Positions 53,394 to 64,000 of a stretch of DNA of 64,000 bases are shown here, piece after piece. The position numbers were made by a program, and so were the translations under genes. Positions within the stretch are counted from its first letter, which is position 1. Each line of letters begins with the position of its first letter. The notes under the pieces were generated by a model, which was not told the origin of the DNA, did no database searches, and worked only from the letters and a program-made list of their open reading frames with translations. This stretch comes from Azolla caroliniana (taxonomy: Eukaryota > Plantae > Polypodiophyta). The stretch is from contig JBHGNT010000005.1 in assembly GCA_043228905.1 (NCBI GenBank), forward strand, positions 186,001 to 250,000. Direction: 5' to 3'.

Positions 53394-53639
53394 GTGGAGC
53401 TTCCTTGCTATCCAACGGTGGATGGAGGGGGAGGGGGTGATGGGTTGCTGCCATCTCGGCCGTCCAATTGCCTCGATCTCCACATGACTCAATAATCTAT
53501 GTATCTGCCATTGATGAGAGCAGAACAATACTTGTAAGCGAGGCATTTGATCGGTTGAGGTGGGAGCTATCCGACCCACCCTTCATTGTTCTTGAAAGAA
53601 ATCATTCATATTCCTCCCTTGGAAAGAAGGGAGCTCCAC
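53394..53639 (+). ncRNA. MIR319: MIR159/319-family microRNA precursor with a variant mature sequence
   Basis: 3' arm TTGGAAAGAAGGGAGCTCCAC (53619-53639) pairs with 5' arm GTGGAGCTTCCTTGCTATCCAA (53394-53415). A second, loop-proximal duplex (GCTGCCATCTCGGCCG..TGCCTCG / CGAGGCA..CGGTTGAGGTGGGAGC) gives the two-duplex long-foldback architecture diagnostic of MIR159/319. Confidence 0.9.
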
Positions 53640-56600
53640 AATTTTTCTTTTTCATTTCAATGCTTTTCTATGTTCAACTCCTTAACCCCTATTCGGGTTT
53701 AACATTAACATGATTAGGGCTTTATATATATGATCTCGTTTTCTTTTGTTTGCTTTAAAATGTAGTCTTGAAGTTAATTGGTAGTGATGGTTAATCGGTT
53801 AATAAATATGGGAATATGTATATATAAATATTAACCAATGATCCGCGGAAATGTACTTGATTTTGCAGCATTTCCTCAGAAGGGCAGGGAAATTCTGGTT
53901 TCTCGGCACTTCCATAATGTTTGGATATTCCAGGAATACCTCAAAACAATAGCATTTAAGTTTCATTATCACACGAGTAATTTGTTTCAATGTTCTTTAG
54001 GGTTTACTATGCTACTAACACATTTGAGTTTAATAAATTTAAAAACTTTATCACAGAAATACCTCAAACCAATAGCTTTAGGGTTTCATTATCACATGAA
54101 TAATGTGTTGCAATATTCTTTGAGTTTAATCAAAGTTAAAAAATTAAATCTTAAACTTCAGAGGGTTTTTATTAGGATAACTAGCATTGGACGCAGGCTT
54201 GTTCGATCCAGACGAGGGACACACAATACTGAAATAGGTAGGGTTTCATGATTCACATTTCGGGTGTTTGATGTCTACAAAGTTTGCTCCTATATTGATG
54301 TCTTGATAACTTCTAGTGAGGGTTTCAAAATTTGCAATCATCGGTTAGGTTTTAGCTGTTTTGGCTTGTAAGGTTGATTGGGTTAACATTTTGACTAGCT
54401 AAATGCAATGGTTGGAATCTTGGATTGTCAACCCATGACTCAAATGTTGGTCACGTTTTATATCTGCATATAATTGTAATTTTAATAACATCACATGCAA
54501 ATATTATAATGTCAAATTGATTCACATTTTCTACTTTGCAGCTCGAGAGTATGTGACAGAGTGAGTGGCACCGCGAGTAGTGAGTGTGGAACCTTCCGAT
54601 TGCGGCCTGAGCTAATGAAAATCAGCTACAAACTGTTGAAGCAAAGCTGCTGGATTAACTCCACCAATTAATTGGGGATTTACCTGGAGTTAATTATCAT
54701 TAACAACCTTTTAGTGGGCAATTTGCATTCCATTTAACACCACTTAGGAGACGTGGTTGAGCATTTCTATCCAAAGTATAATATATGATCCATATATGCA
54801 TAGTAGTAATCCCTTCTTTTGTAGAAATGCATATTTCCAACTCTGTCCGTGGGACAATATTGAAATCTTTCTACTTGGCAATATGAAACCCTTCTTGTTA
54901 AAAGACATAAATGTATCTTATACTCTAGTTTTTCGTGGATTTGAACTTAAGTTATTGACATAATATGGCAGTAGCACTAATTGTCATGACGAATGCCTCT
55001 CAATTGCTTTGACATTTGATCGTTTATGACTTTATGTGGTGGGCTGAGACAAGACGATCCGATGCTAAATGCCCTAAACCCTAAAGCCTCCACCCAAAAT
55101 AGTTGTAATGCTAAACATCACATTAGAACATTATCTATAAGATACTATGTCTTTATCATAATGCACTTTCTTTTTTCCCTTAACAAATTTGATAGTAAGA
55201 ATATTTGCACTTAGAAAGGTACAGTAGATTTTTGGAAAAAAAGAAAAGAAAAGAAAGAAAGGTACAATAGATCAATTGGGATCTCGTGGATGCTACCTCA
55301 CTGGATCACAATTGTCTCGAGATCGTATCCGCATGGCTTGCATCTTGATTACCAAGCATGGGCTATATTGGTTGTGAATTTCATCTCTAGAGACATGTTT
55401 GTCGAGATTGTCCCATGGCACGATATATCTCTTCTTGTTCTATGTTGAGGCTCATACAATACAAGGTTAGGTACCATTTGGTTGCTAGGGAGTTCCATCT
55501 TCCATTATAGCTACATAATCTCCTTAGGTGCAACCTATTATTCCATGTCGATTCAACTATAATTTAGTCCATCCAAGAAACGTGGGTACATTGGGAATCT
55601 CATATTGAGGTCTATACCGAGGCAACCTAGAAATTCTTGTTTGCAGTCGTACTTTGGATTGGCATCATAACCATTTTTGCTTTCTCCTTGAAGCACAGGG
55701 AGACAAATAGTTTTATGCGAATCTAGTGTTACATGAGCTATGTAAATTTTTGGTATGAGATGGGCATTGATTCATGTTCCACCAATGTTTCCTGATTAAG
55801 GAATATGAAGAGGTTTCACCTCACCCAATCCCATGTGGGCAATCATATATGAAGAGAGATGATGTTGAGCAATGTCCTAATTATTAGTAATTCCTCTAGT
55901 AGAACTCTAACTCGCCCAGGAGGAGCGTATGGATTTCTAAATGCTTATTCCCTCCTTTTCCAAATATGCTATATGATGAACCCCATGGTGGTAGAGGTAT
56001 TTACGAAGATAGATACCCTATCTCGAGAAAGGGAAGTAACCTTTCTTTCCCCAAAATATCCAACTATTTTATTAAGCTGATTTTGGAGTAAATGGCATTC
56101 AATGTGTGGTTGAGTGATCATTTTTGGATTATATTTGAATAATACATTATAGACCTCCCTTTGTCATTTGCACCATGATTTTATTGGATTAAGCATCATG
56201 ATTTAGGACTATACTATAGACTGCGAATAATGCAACATTGCAATATGTTTGATGAGATACCGAATTAGTTAACCATGGAAGGTGTGTGGAAAAACATGAT
56301 AACAATGATCAATTTGTCTGTATGGTCTCATCCACACATGGTCAAAATATCATCAACAAGCTAATAACCCAAGGACTTGGATGTGACATAACATCCCATT
56401 TCTCTTCATGTCGTTTAACTTTGTAGTTTTTCATGTTAGCCTACATCCTCCTATAAATGTGTAATGAATCAACATTCACGTGTTGTAAATGGCATTTTGC
56501 AAGGTAGCCATTTTCCTCATGTGGGGTTGCATGCACTTATCTCTTTCATAAGAGAGAGATACCACTAATCAATAAGTGAGGGCTTTCCAATATCTATTTA

Positions 56601-57869
56601 TACTAAAACAATTTCCTATTGAATAAAATTTGAAGATTCTTTAAAAGGTATATGCAAGACTTTTGACATACGTGTGTATGATGTATATTTTTTAGAACAC
56701 AATGTCAGAAGGTCGTATTGTTGAAGATGTGCCTTATGCTTAATACGTATATGTTCATATAGTCTGTGCACACATGGATGGGGAAATAATATTCAACAAA
56801 GTAAAGTATATATAATATACTTATTGCAAGTAATACAAAGGAGTATTTCTTCAAATTTTCCAAAAGGACAATACTTTGACAAGCATAATGTGTAGCTAGA
56901 TAGATGTACAATAGAGCTATTGCATCGAATCTCGCTAAAAAACAAAACCATAATGGCTGCTTTCATTGGTTAAAGTAGAAACACTGCATAAAAAAAAATC
57001 ATGTTCCATGATGATTATCTTGTTGCACATAAGCATGCATGAGTGTAAAACACAATTCTAAATTGAATGAATGTGAATATGTTCTTATTGTTTGAAACTT
57101 TAACTTGCGTGATGTAAATGATTATCTCAAGAACATTTATGTTCATTCTTAGATCTTGATGAGTCATAAGGTTAAGGAGAACATGTGGTTCTTATTGGGA
57201 CACATTAAACGTATCGATCAAGAAATCTTTTAGCCGAATTCTTTCAAGATATGCATACCACAAAGGTATGATGAAAACCAACATGGATTCAAAAGGTCTC
57301 TGACTTATTTTTAATGTTGTGCTTTATTCGTGGAATACATATTACGTTGAAAAGGTGAGATATGTGTTTGGTTTCTGCAATATGCGCATTCATAGTGCTC
57401 TCAAGATTGGGTGGGTAAAAATAAGAAGTTATACTGATGGGTATATGCGAACAATCATTGTGATTTATTGATTAAGCAGGCACGAAATATGAAAGATGCA
57501 ATGTATGAGGAACGAAGATGGCTATATTAGGTAGGACATGCTTGTTAACGTTGTGAAATTGAGTTTTGACTCTAACAAAACGTGATCATACAACATAGAC
57601 TTATGAGAGTGGGGGGGGGGGGGGAGTTAAACAACCCCCCCTTCCACCCTTCCCTTCTCTCCTCCTTTCGCTACAAGGAGCTTTATTCTATGGAGGTGGT
57701 TAAAGTTTTGATAAAAGCTGCTTTCATAAAGTCATACACTTCCTCATTTGGTTTCGCGCGAGTGAGATTCCCCATGATTAACATGAGAAACATATAAGGC
57801 CAATCATTGGTCGAGAAGCAAATGAGTTCACACGACATGGTCGGTTACAATATTTGCAGCTTGGAAAAG

Positions 57870-57871
<2 letters not shown>

Positions 57872-57948
<77 letters not shown>

Positions 57949-57965
57949 AGAATTAGAATTAGAAT
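57872..57965. repeat. (GA)n microsatellite followed by (ATTAGA)n
   Basis: About 36 GA units upstream of the HGGG-repeat gene, with a second (GA)n at 58120-58151. Confidence 0.95.
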
Positions 57966-58118
57966 TTTTATCGTCCATAAAGAGGCCAGTTTTGTCCTAT
58001 GGGACCATAGTATACATGAGTTATTGATATGTGTCTCCTTCCTAAGAAGGGGTATTCATACATTGAAGCACAAAGTCTCTATGCGTGAATAAAGCATACA
58101 CATATGAGCTTAACCTTC

Positions 58119-58153
<35 letters not shown>

Positions 58154-58672
58154 TTTTTTTCTCTTCGTACGCAAAACAAAGGCTTGAGAGAGAAGACAAA
58201 AAATTGTCGAACAAAAGACGGGAGGGAGGACTCAGGAGCCCTTTTGTTATCTTCATATGCGGAAGGTTGAACCCGCGGAATGAAGAGATGATGGAGATAG
58301 AAGAGGAGAGGAGAGGAGAGGAGAGGGGGATGAAAGACTTTGTTTCTTCACATCTTTTTTCGTCCTTGTGGAAGGGACTCAAGAATCAGAAGAGAATCTC
58401 ATGGGATGGATGATGGGCTACAAAAGTAAATAAGTATGGAATGAAATGCTTCACAATCATTCACAATTTGCTTATATAAATGAAAAAGCATGTCCTCTCA
58501 TGCTTATTGCTCTGTTTATCTCACTGTGCCTCTTTTTCTCTCCTCTGTTTCTTCTCCTTCCTCTTCTGTTGTAGAAACATAGACAGACAGAGCCACCAAT
58601 TCTCAGCGACTGAATGAAGTAAGTGAAAGACAAAGAAAGGATCTCCACACACCTCCAAACACCTTCCTGCAT

Positions 58673-59375
58673 ATGTGTCAGGTATGGCTCTCCATGACAA
58701 AACAGAGCCTTTTTTTCTCTTCTTGTGTTGGATCTTCATTTTTAAGGTTTGGATCTTTCTTCACAGACAAAAAAAAACCATTTCAATCTGTGCGTATTCT
58801 CCTCATAGCTTCTGTTTGATGAAATTTGCCTCTAACTCTGAAAAATAGGCTATGGGGTTCAACGTATTACGTTTAGGGTTAAGCTGTGTCCTACTTTGAT
58901 GTTATTGTTTCACTCGTCAATTTTGGATATTGAGTTTTACGTTTCCTTTTCTGCTTGAAATATGAAGGAGAACTAGCTCTAGCACGCTCACATATATTTA
59001 TGGTTTTTTCTGTTATACATGTATACATATATTCATATCTGCAATATTTCAAAAGTTTCCAATTTTTAGCTTTGTTTTGGCAATTATGATTCGTAATTTC
59101 TTATTTTATCGTGAAATTTTGTGAATCTTTTAAGAACCTTGTCATAATACTGAAAATACTTGAGTAAGCCCCTAATCTTTTTCGGAATGTACATATATGC
59201 AATACACATAGACCCACATATTACACATGCATGCAATGCATACATACCCCTACTCACAAGCTATGTTGCTAACAAGCATCAATATTGGATGTGGCAGGAT
59301 CCCATAACCAAGGCTGCATGCAGAGAGTGTTATAAAACCTTTTACCGTGTGGACCCTTCTAACAAGCTGAACTAG
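58673..59375 (+). other. Intron-split upstream ORF, 28 aa: MCQDPITKAACRECYKTFYRVDPSNKLN
   Basis: ATGTGTCAG|GTATGG donor (58681/58682), CTAAC branch-like site near 59270, GCAG|GAT acceptor (59297/59298). The spliced frame is open to TAG at 59373-59375, upstream of the main ORF. Confidence 0.7.
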
Positions 59376-59636
59376 CAAACTGCCAGTTTAACCTTAGAAA
59401 GAGCTACCTTTATGGATGTTGTGAGGGTACATCCTGGAACATCAAGCTTGAATACTCCATTTATAAGATGGTATTTAGAAGTGTTAACTGAGTGTAATGG
59501 GGTGAAATATATAACAAATATGGATGATAAAAAGGTCATTCTGATTGAAAGAGGTATGCTTCTCTTTTTTTAGTACTTAATTAGACAAGACACATCACTT
59601 GTTCCGGTATTAGAATTGTCACACATTCTTGCCATT

Positions 59637-61784
59637 ATGGAGCTAGATTCATGTCATTCCACCTGTGATAATAGTATTATCTCCGCTATAAGGACACTGC
59701 ATAATGGCAAGGACATAAGCACACCGGATATATGCTTATATCCATGGGTTGATTTGGAAAGGCATGGATCAATCAAGCAGACCATGACTATGCAGGAGCT
59801 ATATGCATTATATAACTCCTATGATCGAAGGGAAGGCAACGAATGGTTGAGTTCTAGTAATGGATCTCAAGAATCCACTGTCTCTGACGATGACTTGAGT
59901 TTAACATTGGGTTTAAGAAACTTATCTAAGCCTTCGGAAGGGAAGGAACACTCATCTGTGACAATACAAATGGAAGGTACAAAGAAAGGATTTGTGTCTA
60001 TGGATTTGGGACTAGGCTTGATGATATCCACTGTAGGCCCTGGTTTGATGATGAAAAAGCCAACATTGGTAGAGAACTCCTTTCTAGAAGCTTCCTCATC
60101 TTTGAGTGAGGCTTGGTGTTTGGGTGAAGTTATGAGAAGACAACAAAATAATGATGATGATTCACATCCCAAGAATTCACAATGCTCAGAAGGAATGGAG
60201 GTTTATAGTGTGAAAGAACCTCTTGATAGTGTACATGGTGAAGACGATTCTGAGATTGATCTTCAACTTGGTTTATCAGGCTCTTTGGGATCAAATGGTT
60301 TCACACCACCAGAATCAAATGGATTTGCACTTGGTTGTACTGCTAGCAGTAGAGATGCGCCTCCACTGTCAGTGTCAGGGATGGGTTTCCAACCTTATGA
60401 GCATACTCCAATTGTGGATGAAGGTTCAACATCTGCCAAGGCAGTGAAGTCTGGAGGAGCATTTGTGAGAACTTCATCGCAAACTGCAAAAAGTTCTCTA
60501 AGAAAAATGTCAAAGAGTCGACTAGATGCATCTGAGTCAGGTAATATGGTTTATGAGGGGATGAACATTGCCTCCTCACATGGGGGAGTTTGGTCTTCTA
60601 TCAACAATTTGATGTTTGATGAAGCATTTTGTTCATCAAACAACTTCAGCCACAAAGAAATGCATATACATGATGAAAGTTTTGGTTCTTCTAACAATCA
60701 TTTAATCCAAAAAGCTATTCTATTGCATGATGAAGCTTTTGGGGTAATGTCAAGTGAGAGGGCCCCAAAGGCATGCAAGTTCGAAGGATGTGGAAAAGGT
60801 GCCCGAGGTGCTTCAGGTCTTTGCATTGCACATGGAGGTGGAAAGCGTTGCCAACGATCTGATTGCAATAAGGGTGCCGAAGGTCGAACCATGTTTTGCA
60901 AAGCACATGGGGGTGGTAGAAGGTGTCAAAACTTGGGATGTATCAAAAGTGCTGATGGTAAGACTGACTTTTGCATTGCACATGGTGGAGGCAAAAGATG
61001 CATACAAGAAGGATGTGGTAAAGCGGCCAGGGGGAAGTCAGGACTATGTATACGTCATGGAGGTGGTAAGAGATGCCAGAGAGAGGGATGTAATCGTAGT
61101 GCTGAGGGATTCTCAGGTCTATGCATTTCACATGGAGGTGGACGTCGGTGCCAATATCCCCAATGCGGGAAAGGTGCTCAAGGAAGCACCAAGTTTTGTA
61201 AAGCACATGGTGGGGGTAGGAGGTGTGAGTTCCTAGGGTGTACCAAAGGTGCCGAAGGAAGTACCCCATTGTGCAAAGCTCATGGTGGTGGCAAAAGATG
61301 TTCCTTTGGAGGAGGTACATGTTCCAAGAGTGTTCACGGGGGTACATTATTTTGTGTGGCACATGGGGGCGGGAAGCGTTGCATGGTGCCAGCATGTACC
61401 AAGAGCGCCAGAGGAAGAACAGAGTATTGTGTGAGGCATGGAGGTGGCAAAAGGTGCATGTTCAATTCTTGCACTAAGAGTGCCCAAGGTAGTACTGACT
61501 ATTGTAAAGCACATGGAGGAGGGAAGAGGTGCCAAAGGGAGAGTAAAAAAGAAGGATCTAGTCTTTGTGGGTATAAAGTGGGTTCCTCTGGGGTTTGTTG
61601 CTCAACATATGGTATTCTGGAAGAGAGGTTTGGTACTAATAATTGTGGACATCATAGTTTAAATACCTTTGCGGCCTCTAGCCTGAATACTGTAGTGTAT
61701 GATGAGATTTCGTCGACTGGTCTTGAAGAAAGAGTTCATGGCGGAGGGCATTTTATGGCACTCCTTGACGAGCAAGGATGCTAA
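59637..61784 (+). CDS. Cys/His-rich repeat protein (WRKY19-like zinc-finger repeats; At1g64140/At5g09670/At5g64550-like 'loricrin/hornerin-like' family)
   Basis: Ten tandem C-x4(6)-C-x-K-x-A-x-G-x4-C-x2-HGGG-[KR]R repeats, the conserved VDEGSTSA box, LxLxL motifs and C-terminal ERVHGG. First in-frame ATG at 59637; a spliced start at 59412 is possible. Confidence 0.9.
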   Translation: MELDSCHSTCDNSIISAIRTLHNGKDISTPDICLYPWVDLERHGSIKQTMTMQELYALYNSYDRREGNEWLSSSNGSQESTVSDDDLSLTLGLRNLSKPSEGKEHSSVTIQMEGTKKGFVSMDLGLGLMISTVGPGLMMKKPTLVENSFLEASSSLSEAWCLGEVMRRQQNNDDDSHPKNSQCSEGMEVYSVKEPLDSVHGEDDSEIDLQLGLSGSLGSNGFTPPESNGFALGCTASSRDAPPLSVSGMGFQPYEHTPIVDEGSTSAKAVKSGGAFVRTSSQTAKSSLRKMSKSRLDASESGNMVYEGMNIASSHGGVWSSINNLMFDEAFCSSNNFSHKEMHIHDESFGSSNNHLIQKAILLHDEAFGVMSSERAPKACKFEGCGKGARGASGLCIAHGGGKRCQRSDCNKGAEGRTMFCKAHGGGRRCQNLGCIKSADGKTDFCIAHGGGKRCIQEGCGKAARGKSGLCIRHGGGKRCQREGCNRSAEGFSGLCISHGGGRRCQYPQCGKGAQGSTKFCKAHGGGRRCEFLGCTKGAEGSTPLCKAHGGGKRCSFGGGTCSKSVHGGTLFCVAHGGGKRCMVPACTKSARGRTEYCVRHGGGKRCMFNSCTKSAQGSTDYCKAHGGGKRCQRESKKEGSSLCGYKVGSSGVCCSTYGILEERFGTNNCGHHSLNTFAASSLNTVVYDEISSTGLEERVHGGGHFMALLDEQGC

Positions 61785-62859
61785 CACATTGACATACCTA
61801 TTAGGTAACATTAATTGGTTTAAGGTCCTTGTATACCTATGATAGAGTATGGCTGCATTCATGGATTTGGATTTCCTTATGTACAGTTCAATAAATTGCT
61901 TCGCATTGATGCTTCAATGACATCACAGACTATCATGTGTTGAGGATATGTGAATATCCTCGGCAAATTTATCACAGTAGTAAAATGAATTTAAAGATTT
62001 GTCTGGAATCTCTCGTCAAATTAAAGAAATCATAATAAAAGGAACGTTCCCTCAATCCAAAGGTAACCAATTTGCAATTATCAAATCCTCCAATGTAACC
62101 TCCTCCCTATTTGAAGTCATCATTATTTTTCTTGTACAAGTAACCAATCAATTAATATTAAGGAATGTTTGAAAGATGGCCTTGGTTGTGAGATTAATAA
62201 AATATTGAAGTAACATGGTTAAAATGGTTGATGGTGGTTAACAATGTGATAATGATAAGTGGAAGATGCAAATGGTTTAGTTATGTTATTAATGCACAAT
62301 GTTAGGGTGGTGTTTATAATGTGGCATTCAGTAATGGAAGGTGCTAGTATTTAGATGTTTAGTTATGCTATTATTGTATGATGTTATGGTGGTGTCAATC
62401 ATGTAATAATCAATAGTGTAAAGTGCTCATGATTTAGATGTTTAGATGGTATTAGTGCACAATTGTTTAGATGTAGCCTGTAATTGGTATCTTTGTATGA
62501 TAGGAGAATTTTTTGATGTATTTTCAACATTATTTTGATACAATGCTTATATTATACACTTTTTATTTGCTATACACAATACTTGGAGACATTCCTGTCA
62601 TAATCAGAACGTGCACTCTAAACGGCAAGGATCATCGATAAATTCTTGAACATCCTAAATCATTAATTTCTAAATATACTAGATTAAGATGTTTTTACCC
62701 TTGGCCTCATAGGTCATACTTGACCATGAAGGACAACTCCCTCCCTCCCTCCCTCCCTCCCTCTCTCTCTCTCTCTCTCTATTGAAAACACACAACTATC
62801 TTAATAAATGTGTGTGACAAACACTACTTGCAATAGGTGTCACAATGAAGTATGGTCAC

Positions 62860-63350
62860 CCATTATCTATATGGGTAGTGGAACATGTTGAATTGACAAT
62901 AGGGAAGACGAACACTCCATTGAGGAAGGAATTTCCACTTGTTCCAATAAAGAAAATTGCCACATTAGTACTTTTAAATATGCTTTAACTCTATGCCCAT
63001 TGCCTACCATCAAATACAAAAGCATTGCACATATCCCAATTATGCGCAATCCCCAATACCACAAAAATAGGAAAATGATCTTCATCTCTAATTTTCGGTC
63101 AACTTGTGTGAATTGTGCATACACCCATTGTCTAGGCGTCAAATAACATCGTTATAAAACTTACCAAATTTGAGAAATGTAACTCCAAATTTAACAAGTA
63201 ATCGAACATTGTATGAAACGATGAGTACTCTCTTCCATTTGAACAGTACAAAAGAAGCAATTGCCCGTTGCTAGCCCACGTCGCTTTAGAGCTAATCCCA
63301 AAGGTAAACCCCCAATCAACATTGTCCAAATAATGAAGACCTTTGCTACA
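62860..63350 (-). mobile_element. Degraded LINE reverse-transcriptase remnant
   Basis: DNVDWGF resembles the YDRVxW motif and is followed by NG and RQ traces in the expected order. Many frameshifts. Confidence 0.35.
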
Positions 63351-64000
63351 AATGAAGATCTTTAAATATGTGAATTAGAAATTGGACATCATAAGTGATA
63401 GAATGGTTGAGAAAATGGTATTATGTACTAAATTATGTCAAAGCCAAAGTATATGTGATTAAATATACAATTGATAGGATGACATTATGTACATAATTGT
63501 AGAGAGGGAATTGTGCATACTAGGATAATCCTATGACAACAATGAAAATTGTGCTAGTTGTACATAGATCTATACATCATGTGGGGCAAAATGGGGTGGT
63601 GTGCGATTTATTGCAAACAATGAAATGATGTGATAACTAGATAGGACAAATAGGAGGGTGATTGCTGCCAAATCCATAACCCATAACCCACATCAACTTG
63701 CAACATGTTAACATTGAAAGTTCAGAGAGAATGATGATATTTTAACATCCTCCATGGCCACAAACTCTCGACTTGTCTATTGCTAAGTACACTTTCTAGT
63801 GGGGTACAATCCACAAAGTCAAAATTGATGTAGAAAATATATATATATTCCAGTGGGGGAGTCATGCACATTTATAACTAAAGTTGTCGCCATTAAAAAA
63901 CCATGTGCTTCTAGGCTAACCTATCTTAGGAATGAGGGTTCAAACTACAACCTCTCCCAAACGATATGCTAGATTTCCATAACATTGCTAAGAAATGCAC

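Noticed and set aside
52937-53710. TGTT...AACA segment with a TATA box, first read as an LTR followed by a degenerate PBS
   Set aside because: No TSD and no second copy; the TATA box and hairpin are better explained by the MIR159/319 gene.
54555-54572. TGACAGAGTGAGTGGCAC resembling miR156
   Set aside because: Needs several indels to match miR156, and no complementary star arm is visible nearby.
60754-61662. Several overlapping alternative-frame and antisense ORFs within the HGGG repeat region
   Set aside because: Shadow ORFs produced by the repetitive Gly/Cys codons of the real CDS.

Overview
Eukaryotic, intron-containing land-plant nuclear DNA. The compact genes, long intronless PLS-class PPR genes and repeat style suggest a fern; this is inference. 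Eight protein-coding genes can be built from the sequence: a DUF1279/FAM210-like protein, a 10-exon endonuclease/exonuclease/phosphatase, plastid fructose-bisphosphate aldolase, two PLS-class PPR proteins ending in the E region without DYW, an endosulfine/ARPP19-like protein, a LAMMER (AFC/CLK) kinase, and a Cys/His-rich 'CxxxGC...HGGG' repeat protein. Transposon remains include a chromovirus Ty3/gypsy element with an internal deletion-inversion nested in a solo LTR, a second solo LTR of the same family, two 5'-truncated LINEs with poly(A) and TSDs, and hAT-type MITEs. Two non-ORF signals stand out. The first is a MIR159/319-family precursor at 53394-53639 whose mature arm has a non-canonical 5' region (UUGGAAAGAAGGGAGCUCC) with a star arm that still pairs. 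The second is an intron-split 28-aa Cys-containing upstream ORF in the leader of the HGGG-repeat gene, probably a deeply conserved peptide uORF. All gene models were read by eye and have no transcript support.
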